Shown here in pieces: positions 1 to 13,537 of a stretch of DNA of 64,000 bases. This DNA comes from Paramecium tetraurelia. Its lineage: Eukaryota. The notes under the pieces are model-generated. The model saw only the letters and a list, made by a program, of their open reading frames with translations. It ran no database searches and was not told where the DNA came from. The DNA lies in assembly GCA_000165425.1 (NCBI GenBank), contig CT868660.1, positions 186,001 to 250,000 on the forward strand. Reading direction: 5' to 3'. Each line of letters starts with the position of its first letter. Position 1 is the stretch's first letter. The position numbers and the translations under genes were made by a program.

Positions 1-1320
1 AGATCTAACACAGAAAATTGGATTTATTTCTATAAAATACAAATACTGAAGTATGATATTCAATTTATAATTAAAATAGTTTGAAACTATTGTTAAAATT
101 GTCGATTATGCATCAATTGATCAAAGAATCATATTAACTTGCGCAGTTCAAATGCTAAATTTTATCTAAGTGATGAGCTTTGAATTTTCACTCGAAAATT
201 AAGAGGAGTATTTATTATAATACAAATACAATGGAATTCATTAATAACATCAACATGCTCGAAGATATTCAGTTCCAATTTTCATACCCAAAGTCACTCT
301 TCTAGTAACAACTCAAAAATAAGCTACGATTGTTGGGTATCAAATATATGATCCCGTGAATGAACATCAAACACTCAGACAATCAAATTAGAGCTAAATC
401 ATAGTTAAAATGAAGGAATAAATCAAAGTTTATAATCTGATTCCCTAAACCTGAAAATATCGATTTTTTATTTATTTTATCAAACTTTAATCATTTATAT
501 AATTTCATCTAGAATTGATTATCATTATCTGAACAAAATTTCTTTAAAATGTTAATTTGATACTACTAAAGAGTAAAACATCATATCAAATGATTTGAAT
601 ATGAAAATTTAAAGAAAATACTCAGTCAATGAAAATTATAAAAAAGTCAAGAATACTTTCCACTTTTATAAAATAATATCATTATAGTGTGGTTTAAACA
701 TTTATTGAAAAATTATTATTGGTTGCATATACAATATAATGGAATTTTAACAAAAATAAAATTATCAGATTGTTTGATTGTATTATCAGAAACTTAGAAT
801 TATATCAGAGAGCAGTCAGTTTTTAGTAACACAAAGTGAAATTTTGTAGAATAATACTGAATTTGTATGTGTAACTGCTAAAAATTTATGAAAATTCTAG
901 ATCAAGAACACCTTAATTGCATTATTATTCACAAAAACAAATATGGTTATTATAACAAGGCTTATATAATAACCACATTTTTGTCAGAGTATGTTATGTC
1001 ATGATAAAAATTATTGAAGTAAAGTTAATATTTAGATTCTAGAACCATAATCTAGCACTTCTCTCAATTGTTTTCCATGCTTAGAAAAACAAATATACTT
1101 ATTAGATTTTACATTGAATTATCAAGTATGTCCTTGAATACTTTAATCCTGTTAGTTTGGAGAACTCGTAATAATTTAAGTATTTTGGGAATATTTGATC
1201 ATAATAAAATTTGATTGTTGGTTTAAAATTACTAAATTTATTTCTTTTATAATATTTTTTGATTTATCAATTTATGATTGCATATAAATAGAGTTGGACT
1301 CTTGTTATGAGTTCAAACAA
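1..1320 (+). pseudogene. Probable decayed remnant of a Cys-rich membrane-type protein gene
   Basis: Protein-like fragments (e.g. FPCLEKQIYLLDFTLNYQVCP*) switch frames, and the + frames I read are interrupted by TGA. No intact ORF could be assembled. Confidence 0.25.
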
Positions 1321-1551
1321 TTAATTCAGCGAAGATCAAAGTTTAACATCATAACTATATCATTTTAATTTTATATATAAATTATTTAAGAATTTTTATT
1401 TTATCATAATTCTTAAACAAATTTTTATTATTTATATCCTCCTAATTCCTTTGAATTTAGTGGATCAGAATTGATTCATACTATTATGAAATAAATCATA
1501 ATTTAAATGATATTAATTATCAAATGAAAAACTGCAATAATAAATTTCTAG

Positions 1552-2378
1552 ATGTTAAATTATAAGGGAAATTTATGGGTTCGAAAAAATTATGTTTTAG
1601 GAAACAGGGTAAAACATAAAAGATATCATTAAATAGGCATAATACCCTTTGTTTTTGGGCACAGTGGCTGGGACTCTCTTGCTTTACTTATATTGTGATT
1701 TTGTTTTACTCTAGAAATATTGTGAAATCCCCAATTTAAGTAAAGTAATTGTAACATTTCAGATACTATCAATATACTCAATGTTTAGAGTCAATATGAC
1801 AGGTAAACTACAAAGATTTAGATTTTTAGAACCTGGAGTATAAATGTAAACGATTTCAGATGATAAATATTTTGAAGGGAAATTATGTGAAAAGTGCAGA
1901 GCTATAAAAATTGATCGCTGTTATCATTGTAAATTTTGTGATCATTGTGTAAATGATTTTGAAGCACATTGTTTTTTTTAATGGCTACATGCATAGGCAG
2001 AAGAAATATAAAATATATGCTAGGTCTAGTCACATTTACTGGGATAGCGTTATACTTATTATTACTCATTTTGATTTATAAATGTAGAAGTTACTCTAAT
2101 TATAATAGTATTTGTATCAGATTGCAAGAAAGAATTAACCTTCATTATTTTAAATATCGTCAGCCTAGTTTTAACATTGGTTCACTTAAATCCTTTTATA
2201 TATACAACATGGAGGAATGCGTCATAGGTAATTAAAATTTATAATTTAGAATTGGACAAAAAAAGAAATGAATAGAACTAAATTCAATGGATCCCCTTAT
2301 TATATTTATAAAAACTATAAATAATTCTTTACTCGTTTTTATGATAGTTAATTATATGCAAGTTTTATATAATATTGA
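1552..2378 (+). CDS. DHHC-family palmitoyltransferase-like protein (EAHC variant, frameshifted in a T-run)
   Basis: Four TM-like segments, MTEPG, CEKC..KIDRCYHCKFCDHCVNDFEAHC, then CIGRRN and NWTKKE..SPY. Introns at about 1609-1636, 1803-1829, 2084-2108 and 2228-2249. Frame break in T8 at 1972-1979. Confidence 0.8.
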
Positions 2379-2535
2379 ATCAATATCATTTGTAAATAAT
2401 ATTTATGAAATGCATTGTTAAATCATTTATATACATATATTATAAATACGTATTATATTTATGAAGTTGATTCCGTTTATGTTTTATCATAAAATTTAAT
2501 TGCGCATTTCAATTTAAAATAAATAATAAATAAAA

Positions 2536-3264
2536 ATGAAAATTAATACAAAAATTCCGAATTATCTTAAATTACCTCATCTTGGACATTAGTGGAAATT
2601 TTTGAAAAACAAAGAACAAACCACATGTACTAATAGCAGCATGGAATAATCATGTAAACCCATTAATAGTAGCTTGATTTAAAATAGTAATATTTGTCCT
2701 ATTCGCACTTAGTATGAAGTAACTCCTTAAAACATTAAAAGAAGATTAATCAAAAGTTAATCAATAGATGTTAATTAATAATTAGATTAAATTGATTCAG
2801 TCAAAGAATCGAATAGTGGACAAATAAAAAAAATAGCATAACATCTCATTTAACAATTTAATAGTAATATGAAGGCAACTGAAAAATACTAGAACCCCTT
2901 AATTCTCCAAAAACATTTATCTCTCAATAATGAATCAGTAATAGCAATATAGAAACCTTATTTTGAAAAAAGTAAATCATTGTATTAATTATAAAATGAA
3001 ACAAAGTAAAATTCAACACATTAGGAAACTAATGAAATCAATTCTTTTACTTAATTTCTTCAATTAATTTAAATTAAAGGAAAAGAAAAGGGTAAAAAAA
3101 GAAAATGTTAAATCAACTTTTTTAAGAAAAGTTAATCAATGGATAACGTTGATGTAGTCGAAAACCAAAAAACGATTACGAAATTATTGTTGTAATCGAA
3201 AATTAGAATTAAGCCCAAATTCTCACCAACAATTAACATTTAAGATCTCCTTTAGCAAAATTGA
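2536..3264 (+). CDS. Hypothetical low-complexity protein (about 242 aa)
   Basis: ATG..TGA ORF under the ciliate code; Q/N/K/S-rich; no recognisable domain. Confidence 0.6.
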
Positions 3265-3807
3265 AATAAATTAAATGAATTAAATTATTATCTAATATGT
3301 ATATCTCAAAAAATGCAAAAAGTGAATAATTATTTATGCTTAATTTAAAGCTTATTATTATTTCTTCCATATATGAATAACAATATATCAAATCATGTTT
3401 TTAAGACTTTTAATCCGACTAATTATTTGTATTTAAGATCAACATAACTATGCACTTGATCCTTTAAAAATTATTTGAATCTGTCAATTCAATGTTTTCT
3501 AGAATAAACGGAGTTTTATTTATAAAAGTAAATTTTTCAAAAGTCTATTGTTCTTCTTAGTGAGAGTATAATTCATCAATTTAACTGAGTGCCAATCTTT
3601 TTAAAAAGAGTTTGGCTTTAAAAATTTGTAAAAATCCTTTTAAACAATAATTCAAATCCAAAAAAGGATGATATAAAGTTATTTGGAATAAAATATAATT
3701 TGATTCTAACACTCTTTTTGATAAAAGTATTAAAACTTAAGTTAAATGGATTTAGTTTACAAATATAAAGTTTATTGCAAAACATAATTTTTAATTCATT
3801 TAAGTTA

Positions 3808-4733
3808 ATGATTGATTATATATTTCTGATTATAGAACCTTTAGGGTATACCATCGTGCTATATTGGGTAATTTTGCTATTAGAGGAAATATATAAATGC
3901 TTGCAACCATTTCCAGATATTAAGAAAAAGTATGGATAAGATTGTTGGGCGGTAATCACAGGAGCAACAGATGGAATAGGAAAAGCTTATTGTTAAGAAT
4001 TAGTTAAATAGAATGTCAATGTTTGTATGATAATTAGAAACAAGGAAAAAGGAGAAAAGTTAGTCTAAGAATTAAGTGCAAATTCAACATCAAAGTTTAG
4101 AATTGTTATAGCAGATTTTGTAAGATGTACAGAAGTAGACTTTTTCGATAAAATTAACGAATAAATTAAGGATCTTGACATAGGAGTCCTTATAAACAAT
4201 GTTGGAGTTTCTATGGTATATTCTCATTTTTTATAATTAAGAAAAACCCTTTTGAGAGACAATCAGAGGTTGACATTCGACAGATGCTTACAATCAATAT
4301 ATTCCCTGTGCTTTTTTTAACAAAAAAGGTACTCCCAATTATGAAATCAAGAAAAAGTAGATCTGCTATCATCAATTTATCTTCAATTGCAGGTAGATTA
4401 CCGTTACCATATCATCAAACCTATTCGGCAACAAAAGCTTTTGATGACCATTTTTCATAATCTTTAGCAATTGAAACTGAGGGAATAGATATTTTGTCAC
4501 ACCGACCTTTTTTTGTCACAACTCCTTTGACCAATTATGAAAAGGAGGCTGGAGCTATAACTCCGGAACAATGTGCTAGAGGAGGATTATCAAGACTGGG
4601 TTTGGAAGTGACTAGCCATGGATATTGGTATCATAGAGTAATGGGATTCTTATTAACTTATATTATCCCATAGTTTATTAGAACAAGATAATTAAAATAG
4701 GTTTTAATTAAAAGAGCAAAAAAGAATCAATGA
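3808..4733 (+). CDS. SDR oxidoreductase, 17beta-HSD12 / very-long-chain 3-oxoacyl-CoA reductase-like (copy 1)
   Basis: N-terminal TM, WAVITGATDGIGKAY, LINNVG, catalytic YSATK; intron 4216-4241. Confidence 0.9.
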
Positions 4734-4810
4734 TTATGAATTTGTGTTTAATTGTCAAAAACAAAAATGTTTAAGAAATAAGTTTTTTCTGAAATTTATA
4801 TAATTTTAAT

Positions 4811-5741
4811 ATGTTCTTATATATTGTTGGATTAATCACAATAGGTTTTGTTGTATTTAGAATTTTGGAAGAAATCTATAAAAGTCTACAACCATTTCCA
4901 AATATATAAGCCAAGTATGGTAAGGATTGTTGGGCAGTTGTGACAGGAGCAACAGATGGGATTGGAAAAGGTTATTCCCAAGTTTTAGCTTAATAGAATG
5001 TGAACATTTGTATGATTATCAGAAACGAGGAGAAAGCCAAACAGTTAATTTAAGAATTAAGTAAAGGATCAACATCAAAATTCAAGATTGTAGTGGCTAA
5101 TTTCAATAATTCATTGGAAGATGGATTTTTTGATAAAATATATAAATAAATTGAAAGTTTGGATATTGGATTATTGATAAATAATGTTGGAGTCTCACAT
5201 GTTTAAATTTAGATTTATTATTATAGTAAGCTCCATTAGAAAAATATAATGACAATCAGCTTAAAGAAATAATAACAGTTAATTGTTTTCCTATTGTATT
5301 TTTGACAAAGAAGATAATTGCAAATATGCTCTAAAGAAAGAAATCTGCAATAATTAATTTATCGTCTTTCACTGGAAGGGTTCCAATGCCTTATAATTAA
5401 ACATACGCAGCATCTAAAGCATTTGATGACTACTTTTCAAGATCAATAGCACTTGAATATCCAAATATAGATATTTTGGCTCATCGACCAATGTATGTTA
5501 CTACGCCAATGACTAATTTCTAAAAAGGATAAGGAGCTATTTCTCCATTTTAGGCTGCTAAAGGAGCTTTGTAAGATAAATGATTTATATTAATAGACAA
5601 CGTTTAGGTTTAGAATACTCAACACATGGGCATATTTTTCACAGAATTCAAGGATTTTTTGGTGCTGTTGTTGTACCAGAGTTCATAAGAAACATAATTC
5701 TGAAAAAAGAAATGAGAAAATTAGTAAAAAAACATTTGTGA
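4811..5741 (+). CDS. SDR oxidoreductase, 17beta-HSD12 / KAR-like (tandem copy 2)
   Basis: WAVVTGATDGIGKGY, LINNVG, YAASK; introns 5201-5226 and 5571-5596. Confidence 0.9.
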
Positions 5742-5990
5742 TATAAATTTAATAAATTATAATATATGATAATCAATTATTATTAATTTACTAATACTTT
5801 TCGATCAGATAGTTTATTTAAATAATATAGAAGATTTTAATGTTTATTTTAGATTTAGTTATAAGAATAAAAACATTAAGATAAAATTATGTCAAGATTA
5901 GATTCTTGTACATATGTCAGAAAATTAATTAAAAATAATTGAAAGGAAAATAATTTTTTGCAAATAATGTAATAAAATTTTAATATCCGA

Positions 5991-8014
5991 TCAATTGTTT
6001 GCTGTTAAGACATAGCTTTATTAGTTTTTTTAAAGGAATTTGTATTGATATTCCTCGATGCATTTTTGATTCTCAGTGTATTCGATTGTTTTTTCCTATT
6101 TATATAGTATTATTAAATACCATTATAGTCCATTTCATCGAAAAGAATCACTTTTGCTCCAGCTGGAACTTAAATTGATTTGATTTTGCTTGGATATTTA
6201 GCTAATTAGAAGTTAGGCAAGTCTTCACACATGTTGAATGATTTTCCTAATTAATTAATAGAATATAATAGGTACCTGTATAATTGCATTCTGTATAAAG
6301 AGTAGCACAAGCATCTGGTTTTTCATAATAGAGTTTAAATCCTTTAAGTGCAAATGAGGCATTATCATTATTTTTTCCAATAGTGGTTGATATAAGTAAA
6401 TCCAAAGTGGGTGTTTCATGTCCAATAACAAAATCAACAATAGCATAATTTTCAAATCCATCTCCACCGCAAATATCAGCAAGTCCAGGATCTCCAAATC
6501 CAAATGTTCTTTACCAAACATTTAATCCATCAACTTTAACAAAATAATCTTCTCCATTCCAGTTATCAATTTTCCAAGCTTCAAATGCAATTCTAATTCT
6601 TTTATGAGCAGGTAAATTGAATTTTCTAGTGATTTTAGCATCTTTTCCAGTCTTATCAAAACCACCAAAAGAATTTGAATTCTCCACATTATGTTGTAAA
6701 GTCTGGTCCATTTTTACCATTCAGCAACTTTCCAATCTGCATTAGCTGTCCAACCTGCTCCTTAGAATTCTGAAGTGAATTCAACCCAATCTCCTTTCAA
6801 TACACAACCAGATCCATTTCCATCTTCTGGGTCCAATAACACATAAGGAGAAACGCAAGCTGTACAATCTTCAACACTTGGTCCAGTACATGTTGCACAA
6901 TTACTTGAACATTATGCAACATACAATTGGAATTATCTAATACCCCAAGATGCTTATTTAGATGACTTCTTGATTGTGGATGTCCATTTTACAAGGGCAG
7001 CACCATAATTATGTGGAGTTTCAAAGTTAACATTAATGATCTTTTCTGTACCATCAACACCTCCTGGACTGATCTTATCACAAATGAAGTATTCCTTGTC
7101 TTCAACTTAAGCCACATTTTATTTCCATTTTTCTTGATTATCAATAGACAAAACTGCATTATCATTATCCCAATTATCAATCTTCCAAAATTATGCTATC
7201 ACCTTAATTCTATAATGTGGAACAAGTTTATCAAAGATTTTTTAAATTGAAACGTTATTACCGAAATTACCTGGACCACCAATGATGGGAATTCCTGCAC
7301 AAGTACTTGATTTAATAACAGTTGAAGATCCTTTTGCACTCCATCCATCAGCATCAATATTCTTTATCCAACTTGATGATACGGGTACCCACATTTAACA
7401 AACAATAGCATCTGGTCCAAGACATGTACCACATTCAGCTGGACATGGCAAATAGGATAATTTTAATTTTCTAAAACCCCAAGACATCTAATGATTTAGT
7501 ATTAATTATACCTTATCGGCAGTTTTATCAGCTGAAGATGCAAATGCAATAAATAATGCTGCATGATTATGAGTTATTGTTTAATCAACTGAGAATGAAT
7601 TCACATTACCACCTGCAGGAGTTGCACATCTCTTTGTTCCATCACTTCCTGTCCACATAGTTTCCCAAAGGTAATTATCCAAATAAAAGAACTATCTCTA
7701 AGTGTCCCATGCATCAAATCTAAAATTAATGAATTGTTATACTTCCAGACTTCAACTTATATTTTAATCTAAAAATGAGGAGGCAATTAAAATTGTTTGG
7801 TCACTATGGCTCCTTTACCAAATGCCTTAGGTCCACCAAACACAATGGCATCTGAACAAGTAAAGAAATTATCGGTTTAAGTTTTTGATATTGATCCTTG
7901 TAATGTCCATCCATCCAATTAACCTACGTCCGCATTTTAAAAGGCAGAATAAAATTCAACGAATTCTTGCGATGTAGCAAGCATCACAAAAATTGCAATA
8001 ACGATGAATCTCAT
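5991..8014 (-). CDS. Secreted protein with three internal repeats, furin-like Cys linkers and a C-terminal beta/gamma-crystallin-like domain (two apparent +1 frameshifts)
   Basis: Signal peptide MRFIVIAIFVMLATS; three units with GG..G...H..I....WK.D.W; CPAECGTC and CSSNCATC linkers; C-terminal YTECNYTG..IKSIQVPAGAKVILFDEMDYNG. Confidence 0.8.
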
Positions 8015-8058
8015 TTATATAAAATTAATATTCAAAAACGCATAATTTTTTCATTTAT

Positions 8059-10747
8059 TCACACACCATAAATATTGATCATTTTCATCCTAAATCCATT
8101 AGGCAAGTCATCACTACTAAACATACTATCAAATTTTTGTTATCCAAAAGACTGTTACAATTCTTATAAAATATTAACAAAAAGAGGTTTTATAGAGGGG
8201 AACTCATTAGAGGCAACAATACAATACACAAAATACTTGATGTCGTTAATCACCCTCCCTGGATACATCTTCACTATATTGATGAGGATCCTATACATTA
8301 ATATTTGTTATACTTAAACGATTCCTCTTTGTATTCATCTAAAGATTGACTCTTTATTTAACTAAGGATTAAACATACTCGTTTAAAAAAACTGGGGATG
8401 AACTCTTCGATTTACTATATATGTGACCCAGCAATCCTGCATATTGCAATACATAAATTCTATGCGATGGATTTTGGAAATTTTGGTTCATTTATTATTT
8501 TTATCAACTTTTCCATAACAGCATTAAAGATAACTGTAAGTTTTGCTGGGTCTTTCATAGCCAATTCTCCCAATGCCCAGGCAGCATTATTGGAAGTAGC
8601 CAGAAATAACTTTGAAGGGTCAATGCTTATAGATTAAGCATAGATGTATTCATTTCTAAATTAAATATGATTTTTTACAATACTATAGCAATATTGACAT
8701 TCTTGAAAATTGTATAGCAATCTTTAATTAATTCACCTATCAGAGAAAGTGCATATTGTTTCACATCTGTTTCTGTGTCTTATATAGCGAGATCAACAAT
8801 TTATAAGAATGACTAATCACACAATTCTAAGAAACTTTCTTTTGTGATGTTGATTATTTTAATACACACATCAAAAGATCTTTTGAGAATTTCCTTTTAT
8901 TAATACAAAAGTCTTGTCTTTCCATTCTATATTGATTGCACATAACCATTCATAGATTACACTATTGCTTAATAAATTACTGGAATATATTTTAATGCTC
9001 TTTATCCAAATTTTTCAACTGCTTCTGCCAAACATTCTATCAGTAGATAAAGTATTAATACCATAAAGTGGACATATGTTATAATCATTTAAATCTATTA
9101 AATTGCTAATCAATTTCGTCATTATTAAATCTATTAATTCCTAATTCTCGATAGTTTCGCATTCAGCCAGTATTGTGGTTATTGATTAATATATGTACAA
9201 TAATACTCCTCCTTTTTAGGATAGGGCTTTTAAATAAACTTAGAATAAGTCTAATAAGTATGGTTACAATATAAAAAATGCATCTTTTGATAATGAATTC
9301 AATGCAGAGCAAGCAGATTCCTTTACTATTCTATGAGATACAAATAATATTATACATAGATTAATTTTCAATAGAGATCAATAATAATTTTAGATAAGAT
9401 TATATAAATTGAGTCTCATTGATAGCTACTGTTTTAATCCACTCATTATACTATGAGAAGGTCCATAATGTAGAAGCATAAATATATTCATTTTATTGGT
9501 TCTTTTCTTGAAATAAGGACATTAATATATTTGGTACGAGATTAGCATGATTCTCCATTATTTTTTCTGCAAACAACCCAAGACAAATAACAGCAATTTC
9601 TTATTATTTCCAATCTTATTGTTATTATAATTGATCAATAATTTGTAACACAATAGGAACTATGGTTTTATCATAAAATTCTATTAACTTTTTAAGCAAT
9701 AAATTTGAGACTGATCTTAGAGAATATTCTCCCAGAGTTTTCTCCTCATCTTATTCTTCATCCTCATTTTTGCCACCTTAGTTGTAACTATTTGAAAATG
9801 TTGGTTATATGGCTATTTGATCTGACCTGGTGATTGCCAGATTCAGAATAATAGGTTGCAATATTTATTATAAATAGGGTTCGAGTAAGTGAGTTTTTTC
9901 GTAATCTTCTGCATCATTAAATCTCAAAAAGTCAGTTAAACATAATTCAACAAATCGAACAACTTCTTTGTCTGGATCTGATAAAGATTAAACACATGCC
10001 ATAATAACTAAATTCATCTACTTTATTTTATCTCTATTTGTTTCTATTAAAGCTTAAATACCTTAAAAACACTTTAATCTTATTTACTATTCCTAAGATC
10101 GTGTGCCAGTAATCAAAATATTAATGTAACAATCAATATATTGGTTTAGTGAAGGGGGCATAAAGAAAATATTGTAATTTAAAAAATTTAAAGAATTTAC
10201 TACGACTTAGGTATTAGAATGTTCAACCAAGGATATAAATTTAAAAATTAATTGATCTATTAATTACAATCCTGTATCTGTTCCATAGTAATTGATATTT
10301 TCAGAATTGAATTTTAAATCCTCTATTATTTTGGATAAACAATCAGTTGCTATGACTGGATCAGAATCAATCAATTTAATTAAATATTCCATCATTATAT
10401 TGCTATCTATGATTAATATGATGCTGCTTACTTTTGATTCCATTTCTTACTACAACTTCAGGTACAATGATAACAAATGCTTGCCGCATTATTTAAATAC
10501 TTAAATCCACTTAAATAAGCATCTACTATAATGTTTCAGGCAAAGTAGTGCAATTTTTAACGGCACTCTTCAATATCACAGCAGCCCTATATCTAATTTC
10601 TGCATCATAATTTCCAATTATAACAGAACATAAATGAATTAAAAATTATGTGTCTTAACTCAATTCCTAAGCTCTTTTATACACTTATTTTTAAATCTGA
10701 TTATCTGGCTAGGCTGACCATTATATTAATTCAATTATTTAATCCAT
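8059..10747 (-). CDS. TNPO1: Transportin-1 / karyopherin-beta2 (importin-beta family)
   Basis: IBN_N-like start QPDNQIQKQV..IRYRAAVILK; acidic loop followed by EYSLRSVS; DWKQQEIAVICLGLFAE; ASNNAAWALGELA. Confidence 0.8.
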
Positions 10748-10767
10748 AATTAAATATATATTAATTA

Positions 10768-11222
10768 TCAATATTTGTATTTGGTTGAATAATCCTTTGG
10801 AGCTACAACTAGGCCTTTGCCTTTTCTAGCACCTCGATATATAATTTCAACGATATCTATGAATTCCTGCTTATCATTCATAGCCCAGTTTATTTTATTA
10901 TTATTTCCTGTTCCCAAATCAATCATCATATGTTTGTTTCTATAAAAAAACATCACTGTAACTGGATCATATAGTTCATACATTGTATTAAAATCAGGAA
11001 CTTTAGTGATATCTACTAGATAAACAACTGCAAACTTTTTTATTTTTTCAGCAGATTTATAGAGGATTTCATCCATTTGCATACATTATGGATCCCTAAA
11101 CTGATAATACTATTGAATTACCAATCATGTCCAAAACGAATGATAACTAATTTCTCTTCTTCATCTAAGATCGCTTGATCAACTTACCAACCGTTATTTA
11201 AATGAGGTAGAAGGTAAGACAT
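10768..11222 (-). CDS. DIM1: U5 snRNP thioredoxin-like protein Dim1 / TXNL4A
   Basis: MSYLLPHLNNGWQVDQAI..RFGHDWDPQCMQMDE..NKHMMIDLGTGNNNKINW..PKDYSTKYKY; one intron at about 11096-11121. Confidence 0.97.
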
Positions 11223-11259
11223 TTTTAAATTGTTAGTTATAAATTATTAAAAAATTAGG

Positions 11260-13320
11260 TCATTTTTTATTTACTTTTTTCTCTCTCAATTCTTGATTCT
11301 TAATGAAAGCAACAAAAATTTGTTACTCTCTTTATTTTTTCTCAGCTTCTGCTCTTTTAATAGCATTCAATCCTTCATTTTCCTTCCTGATTGTAATAGG
11401 AGAGTTATGTTCAACAGAAGTATTTAGAACTGCTTTTGCTGATTATTTAATGGCTTTAATTTGTTATGCTTTATAAGATTAGCTATAAGATTGAGATTCT
11501 TATAATTGTCTAGCTCCAATGAGATTTTTCTTTTTAGATAACAACAATGGAGTGTGATTGCTAGATTAATTAGTATTGATATTAGGAGATTAATCAGTTT
11601 GCATATTAGACTGTATTTATTGTGTCTATTATTAGTGTAGTAGTTATTTATATATTTTTTGTTAATGAGCAACTTATTATTAGGAATAATCTTCTATTGT
11701 AATATTATTCTAGTTATGTTTAGATGATTTGTCTTCAAGTTATTGTTATTACTCTTGGTTACTACTTTATAGCTTCTATTATTAAACTTTTTACACAGCT
11801 TCCTCTTTTTTCCTTCTTTCTATAGTTGGTATTAGATACTCTTACAAATAATACTCATCTTCCTTATCTGATAAATCCTACTCAAGTAATAATTCCTTAG
11901 GATCAAACTCCTTTGGAACATTTCCCAAATCTTCCCAATTAATGAGATAATTGGATTTCTCTTTTTACTTTTATAAATTCTTGGCTGAGTTTTTTGGTTT
12001 CTCTTGAACAGAAATATTATTAGCATTTGTAAGTGCTGGTTCCTATTTATAACTTTCAGCTCTAGGTTTAGGTTTGGCTGGCAAGATCAATCTACGAGAA
12101 CAAAGCTTCTCTTATGTTAAGATTTCGCTCTGATCTTTGGTATTAAATGGTTTCCCTACAACAATCATCTTCTTTCGATAAATTTTAGGATCATAAACTC
12201 CAAGATAGTCATATAATGCTCTTAAAGAGTTATCTACTGGGAAAATTACATCTGCAATCTTCATTAAAGCAGATAAAAATTCTTATTAGGTCAATTCTTA
12301 TATATTTGAACACTTTTTAAAAATTTCCACTAAAATCACCTTTGTAACTATAAAATTCTCTTTCTCTTTATGCTTATATTTAATCTTATTGAGTGGTTTG
12401 GTTGCAACTTAGCCTGTATGCTGATATACAAAATCATTGTCTATTTCCAAATCTATTAATTCGAAATCTTTGCAAAAATACATAAACTTTTACAATGTCA
12501 TTACTTATTGAATCTAGTGAAGTTAATCAAAAGTATTTTATTTATTTGAAGTTTATGTTTATTTTGAATAAAATTTATAAATTTCCTTTAAATTCATCTC
12601 AATCATCTTTTCTGAATTCTTTTCGCTGTCTTACTAACATAACTATAAAGGTTTGATTATTGGCTTATTTAATTAATAAGGATCTTCAGATGACAATTAT
12701 GGAGATCTTGTTTTAGGTGATTTTATAACTTGTTTGAATTTCTCCATAACTTCTTAAGTTCTTAACATTTTATCATTGTTTTAAATTTCTTCATCGTTTT
12801 ATTTAATATCTGTTACTTCAGTTGGGACTTATTTTAATACAAAATTGGATTGGTTTTCTTCCTTTCCAATTTAAGTTTGTTTATTACTCTGTTCTTCTGA
12901 TATTTTCATTTATTTATAATCTCTTAATTCTTAAAGGTCTTAATCCTCAGAGTTCTCTAAAATTTTGGATTAATCTTAATGAAAAGTCTATGCTGAATCA
13001 TCACCATGCTCTTAGGAATTAAATTAATCACCCTAATGATCAATTTAATTTAACGAATCTTGATTGTTCCGACTTTTACTAAAGTCATTATACTCATTTT
13101 ATTCTTCCTAATCATCGTTTTATGTTAAGGATTCATTTTTATTTTAAGTGGAACTTTTTCTTTAAATTTATGAACCATTTAAGGCTTGAGATTTCTATGA
13201 AGAATGGTTTTATTTTTATGAGAGAATACTGTCTGGATGTATTGCAGATCCAATAGAATCTTGTTATCTATATTTTGATTATGATTAGTTGGAAGGTTAC
13301 CCCTGAGATTAGTTTTCCAT
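11260..13320 (-). CDS. Hypothetical Q/E-rich protein with a central EF-hand/p25alpha-like helical domain
   Basis: Long ORF under the ciliate code; VMTLQKFMYFCKDFELI..LVEIFKKCSNIQELTQQEFLSALMKIA; Q-rich tail. Confidence 0.65.
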
Positions 13321-13363
13321 GATAATTTTAATTAATAATAATTTGTATTACTAAAATATAAAT

Positions 13364-13537
13364 TCAAAGTTTCTAAGCAACTTTATTGAGCTCCTCCTTT
13401 TTCTATTGTAATCTCTAATCTTCTTATTTTTTTTATTCTTAAAGTTTTTCAATTAACTAATCTCTTAGAATAAGCAAAAATTCTCTGACTGTCATGTGAA
13501 TTTGAATTTCTAATTAATTTTATTATTAATTAATCAT
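13364..13537 (-). CDS. Small (57 aa) helical protein, possibly related to the survivin/Bir1 C-terminal helix
   Basis: MINQQQNQLEIQIHMTVREFLLILRDQLIEKLQEQKKQEDQRLQQKKEELNKVAQKL*. Confidence 0.5.

Noticed and set aside
944..975. 11-bp perfect inverted repeat TGGTTATTATA..TATAATAACCA
   Set aside because: Mostly A/T, and such hairpins are plausible by chance in 64 kb of AT-rich DNA. No other support.
3320..3785. Possible small minus-strand gene starting at 3785
   Set aside because: An open frame can be built with one intron, but it has no recognisable domain and no clean stop before the neighbouring gene.
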